NCBI GenBank assembly: GCA_012840625.1
Contig: DUSB01000034.1
Coordinates: 1-30,333, forward strand
Length of the DNA stretch: 30,333 nt
Origin: Syntrophomonadaceae bacterium
GTDB taxonomy: Bacteria > Bacillota > Syntrophomonadia > Syntrophomonadales > Syntrophomonadaceae
Direction: 5' to 3'
In this document: positions 26,423 to 30,333 of the stretch, piece by piece
Numbering within the stretch: position 1 is the first letter of the stretch
Layout of the letters: each line of letters starts with the position of its first letter
Translations under genes and position numbers: made by a program
Notes under the pieces: generated by a model
Databases searched by the model: none
Told to the model about the DNA's origin: nothing
The model's input: only the letters and a program-made list of their open reading frames with translations

Positions 26423-26641
26423 TGACATAATGTGACGGTTCTCTTGTTTTTGCTCAGGCACCACCAGAAGATAAAGGATCAAGCCATCTTTCACCGTTTT
26501 CGGTGATGTCTAACCTTTCCCTGATAAATGGGCTCTTAAGGAGGAATCCCTGTTCATTTCCTTAATTGCCTGTTTCTGACGTCAGGCTTGCCGCCTCTGT
26601 TATCTGGTAGATACAAACGGGAGAACCGTCACATTATGTCA
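26423..26641. mobile_element. 219-bp MITE/REPIN-like element with perfect 21-bp terminal inverted repeats
   Basis: TGACATAATGTGACGGTTCTC (26423-26443) and its exact reverse complement (26621-26641); interior partly self-complementary; no transposase, no clear TSD. Confidence 0.65.
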
Positions 26642-26775
26642 TAAAAACAAATAGATCACTGCTGCCATGAAGGATAGCATAGAAATAGTTATAGTACAAT
26701 AGTTCACACCGTGGTGTTTTACATCGACGGTCGCGACTACACGCAGAACTTAAATTTAATCGAGAAGGTGACACA

Positions 26776-27381
26776 ATGCAAGCAAGGAATTACACGATTC
26801 AATCGGCCAGTTTAGCGGATATTCCATCTATGCTGGGCTTTGAGAAGAAGTATTTCGATGCCTGCTGGCAGGCTGATCCGGCTCTAATAGACAAACTCAT
26901 CCATCAGGATCCGATGATGTTTCGTCTGTGTAAAAAGGAAGACACCCTCAAAGGGTATTATGGGGTTATGGCCCTGCCCTATCAGTACTGGGACGGCTTA
27001 TTAAAAGGCAGCATCGAAGAAGCGGAAGCACTGCAGCATACCATTCCTTTTGAAGATCCCGACAGCTACCTCTATATTTTCTCCCTGATTGTGGATATGG
27101 AGGATGCAGAACACAAGCAGTACACCCGGGCTCTGATCCGCGATTTTGCCCGGCAGTATATCTTTGATGAAGGGGAGAGAAAGCCCCATTTTAATGCAGC
27201 CGGTGCCTTTACCGTATCCGCAGGAGGAACCCACATCGTCGAACGTTCAGGTTTTGACTATCTGGGCAGCTTTCCCGGCGGCAACGGAGAGTATGTAAAA
27301 TCCTATGCTATTAAGCGCCAGCGCCTGATACAGTATGCCCGGCAGAATTGCCAGTGCAGATCACAATCGCAGCAGAAATAA
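26776..27381 (+). CDS. GNAT-fold-like protein, paralogue B
   Basis: Aligns without gaps to paralogue A with about 87 identities in 196 positions (hand count); RBS GAAGGTG. Confidence 0.65.
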   Translation: MQARNYTIQSASLADIPSMLGFEKKYFDACWQADPALIDKLIHQDPMMFRLCKKEDTLKGYYGVMALPYQYWDGLLKGSIEEAEALQHTIPFEDPDSYLYIFSLIVDMEDAEHKQYTRALIRDFARQYIFDEGERKPHFNAAGAFTVSAGGTHIVERSGFDYLGSFPGGNGEYVKSYAIKRQRLIQYARQNCQCRSQSQQK

Positions 27382-27394
27382 GAAGAAATACCCC

Positions 27395-27436
27395 AAGGGA
27401 TGGATCTCGGTAAAATAGAGGTCCATCCCTTTTTTG
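27395..27436. terminator. Terminator between converging genes
   Basis: AAGGGATGGATCTC / GAGGTCCATCCCTT stem followed by a T run. Confidence 0.75.
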
Positions 27437-27451
27437 GTTCTGCCTGCATGA

Positions 27452-28963
27452 TTATTCCCTGCCCCCCTGATCAGCCACCAGCCCCCGGCTTTTCATCCGG
27501 ATCAAATAAGCCAGATCAGCATCCTTGCTGCCATAGATTTCCCTGATCAAATACTGACTGTAGCGCAGATCCCGCAGGGTCAATTCCGGGTAATCCTGCA
27601 GTCCATAGCTTCCATCCGGCAGGTAAGCATACCATAAATCAGCTTCCGGCCTAGGCCAGCCCCGACTGCTGTCCTTGACCCCCAGCCGCAGCTTTTCTGC
27701 CCCCTGCAGGTATTCTATCTTTTCTGTACTGCGGTACAGCTCATAAAGGAAGTTCATCTCTGTCAGCAGGTGATTGAGGGAAACATGGGTAGGCACCTTT
27801 TTATCCTCATGCCCATAATCCCAGACCAGATAACCGCCGCGCCGGGTCTTAAAATGATGGGTTTGCGCAAAGTCCAGCAGGAAGCGCCCGTATTTCTCCG
27901 CCGCCTGCAGAAACAGCTCTTCTTCATAGCGTTCATAGCCCCGTAAAAGCAGCAGCGCAGCCTGGGTAGCCCAGCGGGTATCATAATAGCCGGCCGGCAG
28001 TCCGTATTCGCTAAAAAGCCAGTTCGACCGGGTGGATACCGTCCAGTATCCCTGCTGGTTTTGCTGATCGGCTGTGGCATACAGAGCCACCAGCACCATA
28101 TCCCCGAAAAAGCGCGCTCCACTGGAATTCATAAATTGCTGCCCCGGATAACAGGCGGGATTGATAAAAAAGCTCTGCGGGGAAGAGGGGTAATAGCTGT
28201 CAGGGGTAATATCCAGGGCCCCTTCCATGGTCCATTTACGCACCCGATTCAGATCCCCCACCAGCAGGGCATCCCGAACCGACTCCTGCTGCCAGTCCAC
28301 CAGGGGCTGCTTCGAGATCAGCCCCCACTGTTCCACCAGGTGATTCTTTTTCGATGGCAGTTCCACCAATATTTCCCGCTTGCCGGGCTTCAGTGCGCGC
28401 CCCAGCTGGTAGTGTTCTTTTTTTACCTGGTTGGCCTCTTTCTCGTAAACATTAATGTAGCTCAAAAAACAGGATTGACCGTCCTGATCCAGAAAAACAG
28501 AAGCCACGGGCAAATCTGCTGCTGCCTGTGGTTCCGACCATTGTGAGCTGTTGATATTTAAACCATGGGGATAATGAATGAATCGATAAGTGGAGCCGCT
28601 AAGATCGAGGGGCAGCTTAATCGTAAGCTGATGAGGTCCATCCTCTACTGCTTCATAGCGCAGGAAATAATACAGATCCCCGTTAGAAAGTGCCAGCTGC
28701 TGCAGGGTGAGTTCACCGAGCAGAGCCGGGCCCTGGCGAATCTGCCAGTACTGCGTCATTTTCCGGGCATAAGCCCGAACCTGCATTTCTTTACCATTAG
28801 CCCATGCTTCTGCTCCCTGGATCCTGATCGGCAGGAAATCCTGTTTCCCGCCGCTCTGCTGGCGGTCAGGAATAAGTGGAACCGCAGGCAGTTTCAGACT
28901 GCAGCCGCTTAAAGCCACCAGGCATAGTATGATGATCATGACAAGTGTCTGCCATTGCTTCAT
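27452..28963 (-). CDS. Lipoprotein with C-terminal (alpha/alpha)6 domain resembling D-glucuronyl C5-epimerase
   Basis: Lipobox LSGC (Cys21); INP, ADQQNQQGYW, LLRGYE...FLQAA, GG.LVWDY, SLNH...LYELY, WYAY, DYP motifs parallel the C5-epimerase C-terminal domain. Confidence 0.55.
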   Translation of the reverse strand: MKQWQTLVMIIILCLVALSGCSLKLPAVPLIPDRQQSGGKQDFLPIRIQGAEAWANGKEMQVRAYARKMTQYWQIRQGPALLGELTLQQLALSNGDLYYFLRYEAVEDGPHQLTIKLPLDLSGSTYRFIHYPHGLNINSSQWSEPQAAADLPVASVFLDQDGQSCFLSYINVYEKEANQVKKEHYQLGRALKPGKREILVELPSKKNHLVEQWGLISKQPLVDWQQESVRDALLVGDLNRVRKWTMEGALDITPDSYYPSSPQSFFINPACYPGQQFMNSSGARFFGDMVLVALYATADQQNQQGYWTVSTRSNWLFSEYGLPAGYYDTRWATQAALLLLRGYERYEEELFLQAAEKYGRFLLDFAQTHHFKTRRGGYLVWDYGHEDKKVPTHVSLNHLLTEMNFLYELYRSTEKIEYLQGAEKLRLGVKDSSRGWPRPEADLWYAYLPDGSYGLQDYPELTLRDLRYSQYLIREIYGSKDADLAYLIRMKSRGLVADQGGRE

Positions 28964-29011
28964 CCATGCATTCCTCCAGTAGATGGGCTTGAAATTTTTA
29001 CTTTTTTAGTA

Positions 29012-29047
29012 TATACAATTATTTCCTGTTATACAATTATTACCTGT
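29012..29047. repeat. 18-bp tandem direct repeat upstream of the lipoprotein gene
   Basis: TATACAATTATTTCCTGT / TATACAATTATTACCTGT. Confidence 0.7.
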
Positions 29048-29095
29048 TCAAGTAATAATCAGTCTAAGATTTGCTTTATACATCATAAGCTGTCT

Positions 29096-30133
29096 CTATT
29101 TACCCCGGTTAACACCGCCCAGGTACTGCGCCCCCGGTAGTTGGGATACCCCCCAGCAGAACAGCAGGGTGATGCCCAGGGTGCATAGATACAGCAGGCA
29201 CATGCCATTATTATTATACCAAATCGTCTGATAGCCCATGGCCGGCAGCCAGTATACCAGCAGGCTGATAATCCCCGGATGGGCCAGATAGACCACAAAA
29301 GACTGCTCTGCCAGCCAGCGCACTGCTGACCATTGAGCAGGCAGGTAGCGGAAAATCCCGTAGAAAAACAAGAAGCTCAGGCTGGCATAGATCAGGATGG
29401 AAGGACGGACGATGGAAACCGCCATGCCGCAGAGACGCGAATCCAGCAGTATCAGCCCCAGGGCCCCCAGCCACAGTATGCCCAGCGGCAGTACATAGCG
29501 TTTGCACAGGCGGTTCATTAGCTCCTGCCGTTCAGCCGCCACCATACCCAGCACAAAGTAAAACAGCCAGTTGGGGAAGAAACGCATATAAGGAATCTTA
29601 TAATCATTCCACCACTGGCTTTCCTGCAGCATGCCCAGGTAATAAAGGCTCATAGACAGCAGACTGATCAAGAGGGCCACCAGCAGCATCACCCAGGGCT
29701 GCTTTTTAACCCACCGATACAGCAGAGGAAAGAGCAGGTAGAGCTGAATAATAATCGGTAGAAAATAAAGATGATAGGAGCCCGTACCCCAGAGCAGATG
29801 CCGCCCCAGCTCAGCTGCGCTTACCCATGGAAATCCCTGTCCCATCAGGGGAGGGAAGAAAAAGACATAGAAAAGGGTCCAGACCAGATAAGGCCACAGG
29901 ATACGATCCATACGCCGCTGGTAAAAAGATAAGACCGTCATCTCTTTGCGTCTGTTGCTGTAATGCAGAACAAAGCCAGAAATAATGATAAAAAGCGGCA
30001 CCGCAAAGCGCGCCAGATGGTTAGCATAATAGGCCGACGAAAGAAAGTCAACATAAGATCCGGTGATATGTATGGCAATAACCGTCAGAGCTGCCAGAGC
30101 CCTGAGCCAATCCAACTCTCCCGCACGCTGCAC
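29096..30133 (-). CDS. Acyltransferase-3 family membrane O-acyltransferase (OafA/IcaC/WecH-like)
   Basis: ELDWLRALAALTVIAIH, ARFAVPLFIIISG, YHLYFLPIIIQLYLLFPL, YLAHP; multi-TM. Confidence 0.9.
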   Translation of the reverse strand: MQRAGELDWLRALAALTVIAIHITGSYVDFLSSAYYANHLARFAVPLFIIISGFVLHYSNRRKEMTVLSFYQRRMDRILWPYLVWTLFYVFFFPPLMGQGFPWVSAAELGRHLLWGTGSYHLYFLPIIIQLYLLFPLLYRWVKKQPWVMLLVALLISLLSMSLYYLGMLQESQWWNDYKIPYMRFFPNWLFYFVLGMVAAERQELMNRLCKRYVLPLGILWLGALGLILLDSRLCGMAVSIVRPSILIYASLSFLFFYGIFRYLPAQWSAVRWLAEQSFVVYLAHPGIISLLVYWLPAMGYQTIWYNNNGMCLLYLCTLGITLLFCWGVSQLPGAQYLGGVNRGK

Positions 30134-30232
30134 AGCAAAAAATCCCCCTAAAAATCTACCTATTTACCTGCTCAGTATAGCACAGCCAGCCAAGCAGAGG
30201 AAACAACCCCTACCACAGTCCAGCGGAAGTCT

Positions 30233-30261
30233 GGATGAAACTCCGTCCCGGAGTTTCATCC
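30233..30261. other. Perfect 13-bp-stem hairpin without U tail
   Basis: GGATGAAACTCCG-tcc-CGGAGTTTCATCC upstream of the acyltransferase. Confidence 0.5.
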
Positions 30262-30333
30262 GGTTCACGTATCAATCCCCCTGCTATTTTATTTTTGGCA
30301 AAGGAAATTCTGCAAGGAATCTAGAAAATATAC

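Overview
A 30.3 kb chromosomal window of an anaerobic Firmicute; gene content and protein style suggest Clostridia, possibly Syntrophomonadaceae-like (inference). Housekeeping genes (greA, lysS, dusB, coaX, bioY) are interleaved with an apparent cell-envelope polysaccharide system spread over the whole window. That system comprises an amidase, an LCP ligase, a DUF4330-Wzy/ligase-GT-nucleotide-sugar dehydrogenase-MurJ operon, a single-ORF CsaB-GT4 fusion, TagO, a lipoprotein resembling glucuronyl C5-epimerase, and an acyltransferase-3. Also present: an orphan HTH/'quinate 5-dehydrogenase'-family/unknown-protein module with a candidate operator, a kinase-less CheY-CheC-diguanylate cyclase triad, a tandem pair of atypical GNAT-fold proteins, and a partial GGDEF/HD-GYP gene. 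Non-coding signals include a dispersed family of REP/REPIN-like palindromes sharing a GGGGACGGTTCT-like core, a BirA-type operator on bioY, a perfect sigmaA promoter with a structured leader ahead of greA, and a murJ N-terminus lacking a canonical start codon. No tRNA, rRNA, CRISPR array or transposase is visible. All family assignments are motif recognition by eye, not database results.
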